Of a stretch of 64,000 nucleotides of DNA, positions 19,711 to 31,646 are shown piece after piece (within the stretch, counting starts at the first letter, position 1; each line of letters opens with the position of its first letter). Below the pieces are notes generated by a model, which saw nothing but the letters and a program-made list of their open reading frames with translations, had not been told where the DNA came from and did no database searches. The stretch comes from an uncultured Methanosarcinaceae archaeon. Its GTDB lineage: Archaea > Halobacteriota > Methanosarcinia > Methanosarcinales > Methanosarcinaceae. The translations under genes were made by a program, and so were the position numbers. The stretch lies in contig CAVSHT010000008.1 of assembly GCA_963727895.1 (NCBI GenBank), forward strand, positions 96,001 through 160,000. The letters are read 5' to 3'.

Positions 19711-21158
19711 AAATGGCAGCGGAAATCATTAATGGAGAAAAAGTAATAAGAAGGCCAAAAGCCCTGTATTCAGACTATCCTCGTAAAGGCTCAGTAGCCT
19801 CGACAGCTACTCACTACTGCCCTGGATGTGGACATGGGGTTCTGCATAAACTTATTGCCGAAGCAATTGATGATCTTGGGATTCAGGATCGAACTGTTAT
19901 GATCAGCCCTGTTGGCTGCGCCGTCTTTGCTTACTATTATTTTGATACAGGCAATATCCAGGTTGCTCACGGACGTGCGCCTGCGGTTGGGACAGGAGTT
20001 TCAAGGGCAGAAGAAAATGCTGTAGTTATTTCATATCAGGGAGATGGAGACCTTGCTTCTATAGGTCTAAATGAAACTCTACAGGCTGCAAACAGGGGTG
20101 AAAAGCTTGCAGTATTTTTCGTAAACAATACTGTTTACGGAATGACAGGGGGACAGATGGCACCTACAACACTTGTGGGTGAAAAGACCACGACATGTCC
20201 AGATGGTCGAGATCCCCGCTTTGCAGGTTATCCTCTCCATCTGTGCGAGCTGCTAAATAACCTTAAGACTCCGGTTTTTATTGAAAGGGTTTCAGTCTCA
20301 GATATTTCCCATATAAGAAAAGCTAGAAAGGCTGTAAGAAAGGCACTTGAGATCCAGCATGATGGAAAAGGATATGCTTTTGTTGAAGTCCTTGCAGCCT
20401 GTCCGACTAACCTTAAGATGGATGCGGAGAAAGCTATCAATTTCATAAATGAGGAGATGGAAACGGAATTCCCTCTCCAGAATTTTAGGGATAAATCTCA
20501 AGAAGTTGAGCCCCTGCACCGTGGAGTTAGTGACTTTACAACTAAAACCCTTGAACAGCTTTACGGAATTGAAACAGATTCAGGAGAAAAACCCTCCCGA
20601 AAAGACTTTGTACCGATCCAGGCCAAGATTGCAGGTTTCGGAGGGCAGGGTGTCCTGAGTATGGGTATTATCCTTGCGCAGGCCGGAGTAAAGGCAAACC
20701 TCAATGCTTCCTGGTTCCCGTCCTATGGTCCTGAACAGAGGGGAGGAACATCAAACTGTTCGGTCGTTATTTCAGGCCAGGCAATTGGATCCCCTACAGT
20801 TTACACTCCGGATATCCTGATAGCTATGAACCGCCCTTCCCTTGAAAAGTTTGAAGGAGTAGTCCGAGAAAGAGGACTTATTCTCTATGATTCGTCCATT
20901 GGCGAAGTAGAGACACCTGCGCACGTTAAAGTCGTTGCAGTTCCTGCAACCGAAAAAGCCAAAGAAGCAGGTTCAGAGAAAGCAGCCAATTCTTTCATGC
21001 TTGGAGTCTTGATGGGCCTTAAAGCAACAGGCCTGGAAGAGGAAGTATTCAAGGAAGCCCTTACTGAGAACTTTGCAGGAAAACCCAAAGTTATAGAGTT
21101 TAACCAGATGGTTCTTGATGCAGGAGCTCAGTGGGCAAGAGAAAACGTTAAGTTCTAA
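19707..21158 (+). CDS. vorA: 2-ketoisovalerate:ferredoxin oxidoreductase fused beta-gamma subunit
   Basis: [14 protein letters not shown] (TPP motif), YGMTGGQ, then AGFGGQGV and SYGPEQRGG. Confidence 0.9.
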   Translation: MKMAAEIINGEKVIRRPKALYSDYPRKGSVASTATHYCPGCGHGVLHKLIAEAIDDLGIQDRTVMISPVGCAVFAYYYFDTGNIQVAHGRAPAVGTGVSRAEENAVVISYQGDGDLASIGLNETLQAANRGEKLAVFFVNNTVYGMTGGQMAPTTLVGEKTTTCPDGRDPRFAGYPLHLCELLNNLKTPVFIERVSVSDISHIRKARKAVRKALEIQHDGKGYAFVEVLAACPTNLKMDAEKAINFINEEMETEFPLQNFRDKSQEVEPLHRGVSDFTTKTLEQLYGIETDSGEKPSRKDFVPIQAKIAGFGGQGVLSMGIILAQAGVKANLNASWFPSYGPEQRGGTSNCSVVISGQAIGSPTVYTPDILIAMNRPSLEKFEGVVRERGLILYDSSIGEVETPAHVKVVAVPATEKAKEAGSEKAANSFMLGVLMGLKATGLEEEVFKEALTENFAGKPKVIEFNQMVLDAGAQWARENVKF

Positions 21159-21477
21159 GGACCTTAGGGTCTGAAGATATATAGATTAAAGAGTTTGAAA
21201 TTTGAAGAATTTATGATTTGAGATAAGTTTAGAGAACACTTATTTTTTATAAAATAGGTGGAGATATTTTATCTCTACCTGCTTGTTTTTTCAATGACTT
21301 TTCATTGACTTTTAAGTGATTTTTCAGTATTTTCAAGTAACTTTGCCCTTTTAATTGCTGAAATTCCGGCTCTGTAGAAATGGTTATTTAATGCAAATTA
21401 TTTCTATCACTTTTTTGTTTATATTATACACTAACAGTTTAATTTTTATTTCCTTCACTTGATTGTAGTATTTTCTT

Positions 21478-21615
21478 GGGCAGTGTAACATAAGTTATGC
21501 AAAATTACAAATTTCAAGAAGTTTTTGAGTCACAAATTCCATATTAGAAGATCAATTTTTTATACTGTATACAAAAACTTAACTTAGACTTTACAGCAAA
21601 TTCGCGACACTGCCC
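21478..21615. mobile_element. Probable MITE with GGGCAGTGT ends
   Basis: TIR GGGCAGTGT / ACACTGCCC; no clear target duplication. Confidence 0.65.
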
Positions 21616-21898
21616 ACTTTTTCATGACCCGAAACTCGATTGATCCTTCCATATTAGCGATTCAGAGGAGCAATTTTGAGTATTAGGATCAGATTCACTA
21701 CTTAGTTATAATCATTTGAAAACTGAAAAAGTTTTTATTTTCTAAACTCAAAATATGGAAATATTATTTCAAAAATATTATATTTAGAAAATGAAATGAG
21801 TAAATCCACAGAAGCAAAAGTTCCGTATGTTGGATCAAATATCGACAGTTAAAGGTTTAATGCTATTATTTTTCAGCTCAAACGCATAAATATTATTT

Positions 21899-22640
21899 GG
21901 CATTGTTACTTAACTATATTTAATTATTTATTTCTGTATTTCATCAATAGAATAACCGAGTACTTTAGCATTTCAAGACTCTTCGTATAACACTTTGTCT
22001 CTTTCTTCTCAATCTTGCCAGAAAGTGCCTCAATATGCTGTTATATCCTTCAACGGTATACGTTTCTGCTTTTGATTGAGTATGGATCTTTTTTGGAATA
22101 AACTCTGCATATGCTCTCCAGTGATAGGTCATCACTTCTCCAATCTCTTTTTTCTTCACTTTTTCCCAGAGTAGTTTTCCAGTTTCCGTTCCTCTGCTAT
22201 CAAAAGAGCAGTTGATGAACTTTTTCCCAACTCTATCAATAGCAATCCAGATCCAGCAATATTTTTTTTGTTACCGATGTAAGTGTGCATCTCATCCATT
22301 TCAACAATAGATATCTCACTTTCACTTTTTAGGTCCTCTAACTCCTGACCAAATTTCTTTATCCATCTTTGGACAGAAACATGACTAACCCCTAAAACTC
22401 TTCCTATTGAACGAAAGCCCAATCCTTCAAGGTAAAGTTGTAAAGCCTGTTTTTTAACAGAGGCGGAAAAAGCAGTTGATTTTAGCTCTACTGTATAGTT
22501 ATATCCACAATCATGGCATTTGTAGCGTTGACGCCCGCCAACTATACCGTTCTTTTTGTGACTGGAACTATTGCATTTTGGGCAGTTCATGAAGAAATAT
22601 ATGTTATAAGCACATATATCTATTTTTGTTTACCAATGCC
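21899..22640 (-). mobile_element. Short IS1-family element, copy 2 (defective)
   Basis: TIRs GGCATTG / CAATGCC. insA at 22156-22590 with intact A8 slippery run. insB has MTYHW instead of MTDHW and a 3' frameshift. Confidence 0.93.
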
Positions 22641-22642
22641 AA

Positions 22643-23020
22643 ATTACAATTGATTTAGTCACTATTATCATCCTTTATATACTGCTACTGGCGCTACTTG
22701 CAGGAGTAATAAATCTCCTCCTGAATGTCAAATCAATTCTATTCGGGACTATTGGAAGCGGTTTAGGTCAGATAGTATCTAGTGTTCTCACAATTTTTGT
22801 TCTCATTGATCTTTTCAAGACTTTTGCTGATTTTCGTGAACATGAAGAAATCAAAATTGCATATGTAACCGATGCTACGATTTTAATAGTTATGCGTGAA
22901 ATCGCAGCAGGGGTATATGCCCAAAGATTTGATTATCAATTTATTTTAGGCTTATCGATGTTGTTGTTAATACTGGGTATAATAAAGGCTCTATCTGTAA
23001 AATATCCATCCAAACAATGA
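22643..23020 (+). pseudogene. PsiE-like membrane protein, 5' end removed at the IS1 junction
   Basis: Open frame with no start near the IS1 junction: VLTIFVLIDLFKTF..YVTDATILIVMREI, ending TGA at 23020. Confidence 0.72.
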
Positions 23021-23339
23021 TCTATTCACTGTTCCAAAACTCAAAATTTGCTTCTTCAATTCCTTCATATAAAGTGATCAATAAAGCATCAGATCGTGAG
23101 AACATCCTGAATAATCCTTATGGTTGAGAATGAAGTGGAGTTTTGGGGTGAGCTCTTTAATAATTTCTATCATAAAGAAAATAGTGGCGTAAAAATACCC
23201 AGTTGTTGCAGTGATAGTCTTGATCGCAACTTTATTTTCATCAGGTATTAGTAAATACTATACAACTTAGGTAAATAAGTTTGATGAGAATAAATTATGA
23301 AAAATATTATTTTAGAGAATAGATATCCGGAAAGTAGGA

Positions 23340-23612
23340 TCAACTGTACTCCATCTTTTTAGGAATATGCTCCACACAGATTTCCTTGACTGTTGTCACT
23401 TTCATCATATTTGTTTCGTTATCAGGTTCACCAGTAACTTCAACAAATTTACGGCAGAAAAATTCAAGGTAATAGTCTAGTTCCCATGGACCTCTATCCT
23501 CATACTTTAGCAGAAACTCCCTGTCCCAGGTCTGAAGATAATAATCTGGACCTTCACTTTTGCTTCCGATCCGTCCATATTTTACATAAACGAGTCCTTC
23601 AAAAATTTCCAT
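23340..23612 (-). CDS. Hypothetical protein
   Basis: 90-aa ORF with strong GGAGG RBS; GSKSEGPDYYL motif. Confidence 0.75.
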   Translation of the reverse strand: MEIFEGLVYVKYGRIGSKSEGPDYYLQTWDREFLLKYEDRGPWELDYYLEFFCRKFVEVTGEPDNETNMMKVTTVKEICVEHIPKKMEYS

Positions 23613-23962
23613 ACAGTGTTCCTCCTTTTGAGATAAAATTCCAACTTAAAGAATAAATTATTCTAACAGGTAAATATTACCATATTATAACAATTATTTT
23701 TCAGTATTAATAAGGATGCAAGTATTACCCCATTATATCATGTATAAAACTCCTCAATGATTATGAATCTACAAAATAATTTCAGGATACAACAACATAT
23801 AAAAAAGAGTCTCACAAACACGAAAGAGTACAAAGGACAAATTGACATTGAGGTTTTGACCCAACTTAGAGCATGTCTTGAAATTAAACTTGGTTATTTA
23901 TAGTTTCATTGCAATATATAAATTCTGAAATTTCTCTTAATCCATAACAGGAGGGGTATTAA

Positions 23963-24148
23963 ATTATACATTTATGGGAGTATGATTCTCGCAGGATTGA
24001 TGGTGTTAACACACCACAACAAATGATCGACCTTGAAAGAATAGGAAACGAAGGCTGGGAACTGGTTTTGATCAAGAATGATATTGATGAAGAAGGAAAG
24101 GCAACTGCTATTTTCAAACGGGCAAAGCTCGAGACGATATCTTTATAA
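23963..24148 (+). pseudogene. DUF4177-like small protein with ATT in place of the start codon
   Basis: GGAGG RBS, then (I)IHLWEY..LERIGNEGWELV..IFKR. Confidence 0.65.
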
Positions 24149-24283
24149 CTTTCTTTTTATTTTTAATTACTTTTTGTGCAATCCACATTGAATTAAGCAT
24201 TTTGTCCTTTTCTATATGGAGATAAACTGGATAAGACCGGCTCTCTGATTTTACATGCCTTAAAGGCTTTGATCATTGAGGAT

Positions 24284-26510
24284 TTATGACTCTGGTACTT
24301 CAAAAAGGGCAGGATACTTCTTTTTTAGGGTTATGAGAAGCTCGTTGTCTAATTTTGCATTATGAAGTGTTTTCACTGTAGAAAGCTGGTCAAGTGACAA
24401 ATGCTGAGCTCCTTCAAGGTCAGCTCCTTCAAGGTTAGCCCCTTGAAGGTTAGCTCCTTTAAGGTTAGCCTCTTTAAAGTTAGCTCCTATAAGGTAAGTC
24501 CATTTAAGGTTAGCCCCTTCAAGATTAGCTCCTTGAAAGTTAGCCTCTATAAGGTAAGCCCCTTCAAGGTTAGCCTCTATAAGGTAAGCCCCTTCAAGGT
24601 TAGCTTCTACAAGGTAAGCCCTTTCAAGTTTAGCCCTTTCAAGTTTAGCTCCTCTAAGTTTAGCCCCTTTAAGATTAGCTTCTATAAGGTTAGTCTCTTC
24701 AAGGTTAGCCTCTATAAGGTAAGCCCTTTCAAGTTTAGCCCTTTCAAGTTTAGCTCCTCTAAGTTTAGCTCCTTTAAGATTAGCTTCTTCAAGGTTAGCC
24801 CCTTCAAGGTTAGCCTCTATAAGGTAAGCCCTTTCAAGTTTAGCCCTTTCAAGTTTAGCTCCTCCAAGTTTGGCCCCTTCAAGGTTAGCTCCTTCAAGGT
24901 TAGCCTCTATAAGGTAAGCCCTTTCAAGTTTAACTCCTCCAAGTTTAGCCCCTTGAAGGTTAGCCCCTTCAAGTTTAGCCTCTTGAAGGTCAGCTCCATA
25001 AAGGTTAGCCCCCTGAAGGTTAGCCCCTTGAAGGTCAGCTCCATAAAGATCAGCTCCTTGAAGGTTAGCCCCTTGAAGATTAGCCAAATAAAGTTTAGCC
25101 AAATGAAGTCTAGCCAATTGAAGGGTAGCCTTTTCAATGTTAGCTCCTTGAAGGTTAGTCCCTTGAAGGTTAGCCTCTGTAAGATCAGCATAAAAAATAT
25201 CAGCTCCTCGAAGGTTAGCCTCTTGAAGATTAGCTCCTCGAAAGTTAGCCTTTTCAAGTTTAGCTCTTTGAAGGTTAGCTCCTTGAAGGTTAGTCCCTAT
25301 AAGGTCAGCTCCTTGAAGGTTAGCTCCTTGAAGGTTAGCTCCTCGAAGGTTAGCTCCTTGAAGATTAGTCCCTTAAGGTTAGCCCCTTGAAGGTTAGCCT
25401 CTTCAAGGTTAGCTCCTTGAAGGTTAGCTCCTTGAAGGTTAGCCTCTTGAAGATTAGCCTCTATAAGGTCAGCTCCTTGAAGGTTAGCTCCTCTGAAGGT
25501 CTTTTCTCTCTGGAATATCCATTTACAATTATCGGCTTTGAACTAAAATAAGCATTACTATGCCAGGAAGATATCTTCTGCTCTTCAGGATTTAGTTTTT
25601 AAAATTGTGTATATTTATAATATGGATCCATTGGTCATCGGTTAAGGAATTTTCTTGCTTGAAAGCTATCGATTTGCACTAGAATCCTGCCTTAAATCTT
25701 GGCTTATTTACATGAAATCGACACTCTGTTCCAGCTTATGATCTATTAACATATTTAACAAATGTAAAAGAAATTGACGCAATTTGTCACGATTCCTCAC
25801 TTAACCGAAGATGCATGAATATGGATCTATAAGAACCTGCAAGAACGCCAGCTATGTTTTACTCTATGACGTTGCTATCCTGCATGGATCTTTCAGTGTG
25901 AAATTTTTTTTCAGTTATTTCTGATATCTATATTTTGCAGAATATGAGGCATACTGCCCTCACTCAGAAGGAAAGAAGACTATTAAAGAAAATAAGCATC
26001 ATTAACAAGGGTAAAAATAGAAACAAAGCCTATATCCACTATGGATAACAAAAAACTTGCGAGTATGTGCACAGTTCCACCAACATTAAGAGAACTGTTG
26101 AAGAAACAAAAGGAACTAGAAATGCAAGAAAAGGAAAAATATTTCAAATCTTAATTAACAAAAAATACATCCGAATTTCAGTAGAAAAAACTGCAATTTC
26201 TACTGAGAAAAGACTAGGACTCACGCATTTGAGGAACAAAATCAGGTACATTCGGAGTTATTACTCCTTTATTATGTTAGACAGCTGGCGGTTTAATGCT
26301 ATCGATATCTCTTTCAACCGGGTAAGTCTACACTATAATTCAAATTCTATAATCATGGAAAACAGTAATGGGCACGGAAAAATTCAATCTAGACCCTCTA
26401 ACCACGAAAAATACGGAAAGCACAGAAAGATTATGCCAGTCTTCCTTTTATTCCTTGTTTTCTGCACTTTTAATGGTTTACCTTTTCGTTTGAATTATAG
26501 CCCATCGCTG
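24284..26510 (-). pseudogene. Pentapeptide-repeat protein, N-terminal part degraded (5' boundary approximate)
   Basis: About 70 A(N/K/Y/D)LxG-type repeats in one frame over about 24400-25495. Upstream region is frameshifted and interrupted by a MITE. Confidence 0.8.
25629..25817. mobile_element. MITE with IS4-like CAT..ATG ends
   Basis: Imperfect TIR CATTGGTCATCGGTTAAG / CTTAACCGAAGATGCATG, 10-bp target duplication AATATGGATC (25619-25628 and 25818-25827). Confidence 0.88.
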
Positions 26511-26629
26511 AATTAAGTACACCCTTAAACACCATTAGTATCATAGAACTAGGTTTATAAAACGTACTTAATTTATGAGTGTATTATAATCAACAATTAC
26601 GGACACAACCTTTTTTATCCTTACTTCTT

Positions 26630-27712
26630 TTACGCTACTGTAAACCTGATAGTGAATTCCGTCCCATTGTCTCTTTTCAATTCAAGTTCGCCTTCTAACT
26701 GGTCTACAAGAGTGGTTACCAGTTGTATACCAAGACTATCGAGATTTTCCAGATCAATATCTTCAGACATCCCTAGCCCATTATCTGATATTGTAAGACT
26801 AAAATCGGCACCTTGTGTATCGTCATTATTGCCTTCTGTTCTATTGTCTTTATATTTTTTTGATTCTTCCCTATAAAGTCTGATTCGAATTCTCCCGTTA
26901 TCTCTTCCATTTAATGCGTGTTTGAGAGAATTTGAGACAAGTTCGTTAACAATTATTCCTAGTGGGATTGCAGTATCCTTGTCAAGGAAAATGTTTTCTT
27001 CCAGATTCATATTTAAGCCGGTACTGGCATTTCCAAGCCTGTATGTCTGGAAAAGATTCTTAGCGAGTTCCTTAACATAAGATGAAAAGTTTAGTGTATC
27101 GAGCCCTCCACCTTGTACAGTTCCTCATGGATAAGAGCCATGGATACCACTCTGTCCTGACTTTTCCTGAAGGCTTCCAGGACTTCCGAATCCTTTACAT
27201 ATTCCCTACTGTTAAATTTCTCAGCCTGAAGATCTAGCAGAGAGGAAATTACCTGCAGGTTATTTCTTGATCCTGTGATGGATTTCCTGTTTACGGGCAG
27301 TTTCGATATTCTCAAGAAACTTTTCGGTCTCTTTCCTTTAGGCAACATCATAAATTGTACCCTGGTAGAATTCCGTATTTCCATTCTTTCTCTGAATTTT
27401 CTGGTAAATTTCATTAACTCATCTGATTCTTCCGTCCCTGTGTTTTATACGAAATTCGATTTCTTCATAAACGGCGGATGGAGAACTTTGAATCTTTTCC
27501 TCTCCTTTGAGAACGAGAGGTAGGTCATCCGGATAGATAATGTCTTTCCACTTAATCCGGGACATAAATTCCTCTTCGCTATACCCGGTGATTTCTTCAA
27601 CAGCCCCATGCAGAAATACAGGAACAAAGTTTTCATCCACCTGGAAAGCGATCCTATGAATAACCATAAATTTGCTCTGCACCTTTATTCCAGCTAGTAA
27701 TGATGCCATCAA
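26630..27712 (-). pseudogene. PAS-domain HisKA_2 sensor histidine kinase, frameshifted
   Basis: EEITGYSEEEF..YPDD (PAS), NNLQVISSLL, ALIHEELY, NELVSNSLKHA, SDNGLG and SLGIQLV spread over different frames. Confidence 0.88.
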
Positions 27713-27871
27713 GGGATTTGGTTAATGGCATCGTTTGAATATTCCACGATACTTGCTAAATTCAGTCTATTTTCTTCTGCCATTTTACGCCTGGAACTTT
27801 CTATTTGCTCCCATTTCCTTCCCTTTTGATCAAAGCAAATCGATGAGCAATCACGTCAATGATTCTTTGAT

Positions 27872-29028
27872 GGTCCATTTATATTTGATTGATATTATAT
27901 ATTTGAAAATCATATATTTATACTATGGGTAAAAGAGGTCCAAAACCACGATTTATTGACGTTGCTTGTCCAAACAAAAACTGCAAACTCTATGGTCTTA
28001 CTAACCAAGGCAATGTTGTTGGAAATGGAACTTACATAAGTCGTGGAGAAAAAACAAGAAGATATCTTTGCCGCCATTGCAGTAAAGTATTTAACGATCA
28101 TACAGACACTTTTTATCATAATCTTCGGAAAGCTGAGAAAACTATTGATTTAGCTTTAAAAATGTCTATGAAAGGTATGAGCATTGAAGCCATTGCCGAT
28201 GTTTTAGAGGTAGAATCTGCCAGTCTAAAACGATGGTTAGCTCGTGCAGCTAACCAAGGCAATGAAGTAAATGACAGCATGATGAAAAACATGGATGTAC
28301 CCAAGATAGAAATGGATGAACCATGGGTAACAATTCAAAAAAAAAGTTCCTAAAATAAAAGATTATGAAGATGATGGACTATGGATGTGGATAGCTTTTG
28401 CACCAGGTTGTAGGCTAATACTTGACTTTGTAATCGAACCAAGAAAACAGTATGTTGCGGATAAGTTAATTGAGTCAGTTAAAAAACATCTTTCTGATAA
28501 AATCCCTTTTTTGTCACACATGGGTTGAACTTTTATAGAGAAGCTCTTTTGAAACATTTTGGAGTTTTGATTGAGTTTCCAAGGACTGGGAAAAGAGGAA
28601 GACCAAAGAAACCAAAAATTTTTCCCTCTGATGATTTGAAATATGCACAGGTAGTCAAAATAAGAATAAATGGGTTACTTAAGAAAGTAGAGAAGAAGAC
28701 TATCTTTGGAAAAGACATTGAACAAAGCGAAATCTCAACAACTTTACTTGAAAGACAAAACCTGACTTTTAGGCAGGATAACAACAGAGTTTCAAGAAAA
28801 ACAATAGGATTTTCAAAAGCGAAAGAATGGTTAGAGTATCAAATGAGGTTATATTGTACCCATTTTAACTTATGTAGAGGTCATAGAGGATTAAAGTACA
28901 AAGATGAAAGAGGGGTTGAATGTAAAAATACACCTGCAAGAGAGGCAGGAATTGTGGACTCAATATGGACTTTAAAGGAACTGCTAACATTCAGGTGTTT
29001 TAAAACATCAATCAAATAAAGATTAACC
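27872..29028 (+). mobile_element. Longer IS1-family element, transposase frameshifted
   Basis: Imperfect TIRs GGTCCATTTATATTTGATTGAT / ATCAATCAAATAAAGATTAACC. Zinc ribbon CPNKNC..CRHC, EMDE, LERQNLTFRQ and RKTIGFSK. Confidence 0.85.
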
Positions 29029-29145
29029 ATCAATTTTTTTGTATATGAAATAATTCAAAAAAGCCAAATCAAGTTTGTATAAATGTATACTTGAAAGACT
29101 TTTTTTTCTTTTTAACTAAAATAATCAATTATTATTCTGTAGATT

Positions 29146-29385
29146 TCAAGTTAAAAGTAGATCAAGTTAAAAGTAGATCAAGTTAAAAGTAGATCAAGTT
29201 AAAAGTAGATCAAGTTAAAAGTAGATCAAGTTAAAAGTAGATCAAGTTAAAAGTAGATCAAGTTAAAAGTAGATCAAGTTAAAAGTAGATCAAGTTAAAA
29301 GTAGATCAAGTTAAAAGTAGATCAAGTTAAAAGTAGATCAAGTTAAAAGTAGATCAAGTTAAAAGTAGATCAAGTTAAAAGTAGA
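29146..29385. repeat. Perfect 16-bp tandem repeat, 15 copies
   Basis: TCAAGTTAAAAGTAGA x15 with no spacers. Confidence 0.97.
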
Positions 29386-29579
29386 TAGAAATATTTCACT
29401 AACAAATTAAAGGCGTAATTAGTTAAGCGGATAACTATAGTTTTCACTTACAAAAAATAGCATCCGCTACTCATTTAATAGCTTCATTTCAGGCAGTTAC
29501 CAAGGTCACACAAGAAATTCTGATAGTAACTCCTATCGGATTAGTTGTGTATATAGGATTTATCAATGATTTTATGAGT

Positions 29580-29807
29580 TTAAACGATTCTACCAGGCTC
29601 TTCTATAATTTTATAGCCAGCTTTAAGCAAGGTCATCTGTATGACATATGCATCAGTTTTCCTGCTATCATATACTACATTTACGGTTTTTTCAAGAATG
29701 TTGATGTTTACTCTGGAAATCCCGTCAATGGAGTTAATGAGCTTTGTGATCACATCCTTGCAGTACCGGCACACAAGATCGTCTACTATAAATGTTGTTT
29801 CCCCTAT
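29580..29807 (-). CDS. Heavy-metal-associated (HMA) domain protein, start codon appears as ATA
   Basis: LVCRYC metal motif and LLKAGY. GGGGGTGA RBS is followed by ATA rather than ATG. Confidence 0.7.
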   Translation of the reverse strand: MGETTFIVDDLVCRYCKDVITKLINSIDGISRVNINILEKTVNVVYDSRKTDAYVIQMTLLKAGYKIIEEPGRIV

Positions 29808-29922
29808 GAATTCACCCCCGTATCACACCTGTCATTTTCAAACAAGCGTTTATCTATATAGTAAAAATTTGTATTTTTAGTATATAATTAATTCTTTTAA
29901 AGCTCTATCAGAAGTTAACATA

Positions 29923-30144
29923 TTATATAGGCTCATATCCGCTTTCCCTAATTGCATCCTTAACCTTTTCAATATTTGCCTTTCCTTCCTCATAATCAAC
30001 AGTTACCTGTTTAGTCTGAAGGTTTACGTCAGCTCTCTGTACACCTTCCACAGCTTCAACTGCTTTTTTAACTCTTAACTGGCAATGCATACATGACATG
30101 CCTTCAACTTTTATTATTTCTTGATTCATCTTTTCAATCTCCAT
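29923..30144 (-). CDS. copZ: Copper chaperone (CopZ-like HMA protein)
   Basis: VEGMSCMHC and IRESGY. Confidence 0.88.
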   Translation of the reverse strand: MEIEKMNQEIIKVEGMSCMHCQLRVKKAVEAVEGVQRADVNLQTKQVTVDYEEGKANIEKVKDAIRESGYEPI

Positions 30145-30610
30145 ACTATTTTATTTAATAATAAACATAATAATTGCTGGAATACTGCAAGATTGAATAA
30201 GAATATATTCGGCTTACCACAAATTCTTTGCGTAACCTAGATAATGAAGCTGTCCATGAGCAGATCTCTAATAAAGATCTATCTGTGAGCAGAGACCTTT
30301 TTCAAAGATCGTTTGCCTTGCCCCAGTACTCATTTCCTCTAAAAGAACTATTTATTGCAGCCTCATTGACTTCTTTTTCCAACCCATTTCCCGACTTGGA
30401 TCAGGGAGTATTTCTAATCGTTTTTAACGCTAAAGGTTCCCCCAATAAAAGCAAGGTTGTTTATCTAATTTCAAAACAATTACTGAATTGAGCAAGATGT
30501 CAGTAGGTATCTAGAGATTTTGGGCAATATATGACTTTTTGAAATAGTATTTTTGGCCACAAAAAGAAAGACAGAACTTGACTTTAAGACTGGATAATAA
30601 TAATTTAGTA

Positions 30611-31351
30611 GGAATTGATACTTAAACATAGTTATATACTATTAGAAAGTATATTTCTTCATGAACTGCCCCAAATGCAATAGTTCCAGTCACAAAAAGA
30701 ACGGTATAGTTGGCGGGCGTCAACGCTACAAATGCTCTGATTGTGGCTATAACTATACAGTAGAGCTAAAATCAACTGCTTTTTCCGCCTCTGTTAAAAA
30801 ACAGGCTTTACAACTTTACCTTGAAGGATTGGGCTTTCGTTCAATAGGAAGAGTTTTAGGGGTTAGTCATGTTTCTGTCCAAAGATGGATAAAGAAATTT
30901 GGTCAGGAGTTAGAGGACCTAAAAAGTGAAAGTGAGATATCTATTGTTGAAATGGATGAGATGCACACTTACATCGGTAACAAAAAAAATATTGCTGGAT
31001 CTGGATTGCTGTTGATAGAGTTGGGAAAAAGTTCATCAACTGCTCTTTTGGTAGTAGAGGAACGGAAACTGGAAAACTACTCTGGGAAAAATTGAAGAAA
31101 AAAGAGATTGGAGAAGTGATGACCTATCACTGGAGGGCATATGCAGAGTTTCTTCCAGAAACTATTCATACTCAATCAAAAGCAGAAACATTTACAGTTG
31201 AGGGATATAACAGCATATTGAGGCACTTTCTGGCAAGATTGAGAAGAAAGAGACAAAGTGTTATACGAAGATATTGAAATGCTAAAGTACTCGGTTATTC
31301 TATTGATGAAATATAGAAATAAATAACTAGATATATTTAATTACCAATGCC
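30611..31351 (+). mobile_element. Short IS1-family element, copy 3 (defective)
   Basis: TIRs GGAATTGATA / CAATGCC. insA at 30661-31095. insB has MTYHW and a frameshift. Confidence 0.93.
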
Positions 31352-31585
31352 GAATTTCAAGAAAAACAATAGGTTTTTCACAGAAAATTAAAGGACTATA
31401 CAATCAAATGAGACTTTACTGTACTTATTTTAACTTTTACAGATATCATAAGGGATTAAGAAGCGAAAAGGAAAAGGGAATTTTGGGAAAGAGAGCACCT
31501 GCAGAAGAATGTAGAATTACTAAAAAGAAATGGAAATTTACAGAGTTGTTAAACTACAGGAGTCTCAAAAACGTCAACTAATTAA
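31352..31585 (+). pseudogene. 3' remnant of a long IS1-family transposase truncated by IS1 copy 3
   Basis: ISRKTIGFSQK..QMRLYCTYFNF is homologous to the C-terminus of ORF 28525-29019. Confidence 0.8.
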
Positions 31586-31646
31586 CTATGGAGCACCTAA
31601 TGGAGTATTCTATTATAACTGTTAATCCGGTCTTTTTGGATAGCTC

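Noticed and set aside
24401..25390. 329-aa plus-strand ORF (KVSPF repeats) and the 116-aa alternate-frame ORF at 24907-25257
   Set aside because: Antisense and alternate-frame shadows of the 15-bp pentapeptide repeat.
26067..26516. 149-aa plus-strand ORF
   Set aside because: Probably antisense to the degraded N-terminal part of the pentapeptide gene; no motif support.
29146..29385. CRISPR array
   Set aside because: Repeats are contiguous 16-mers with no unique spacers, and no cas genes are present.
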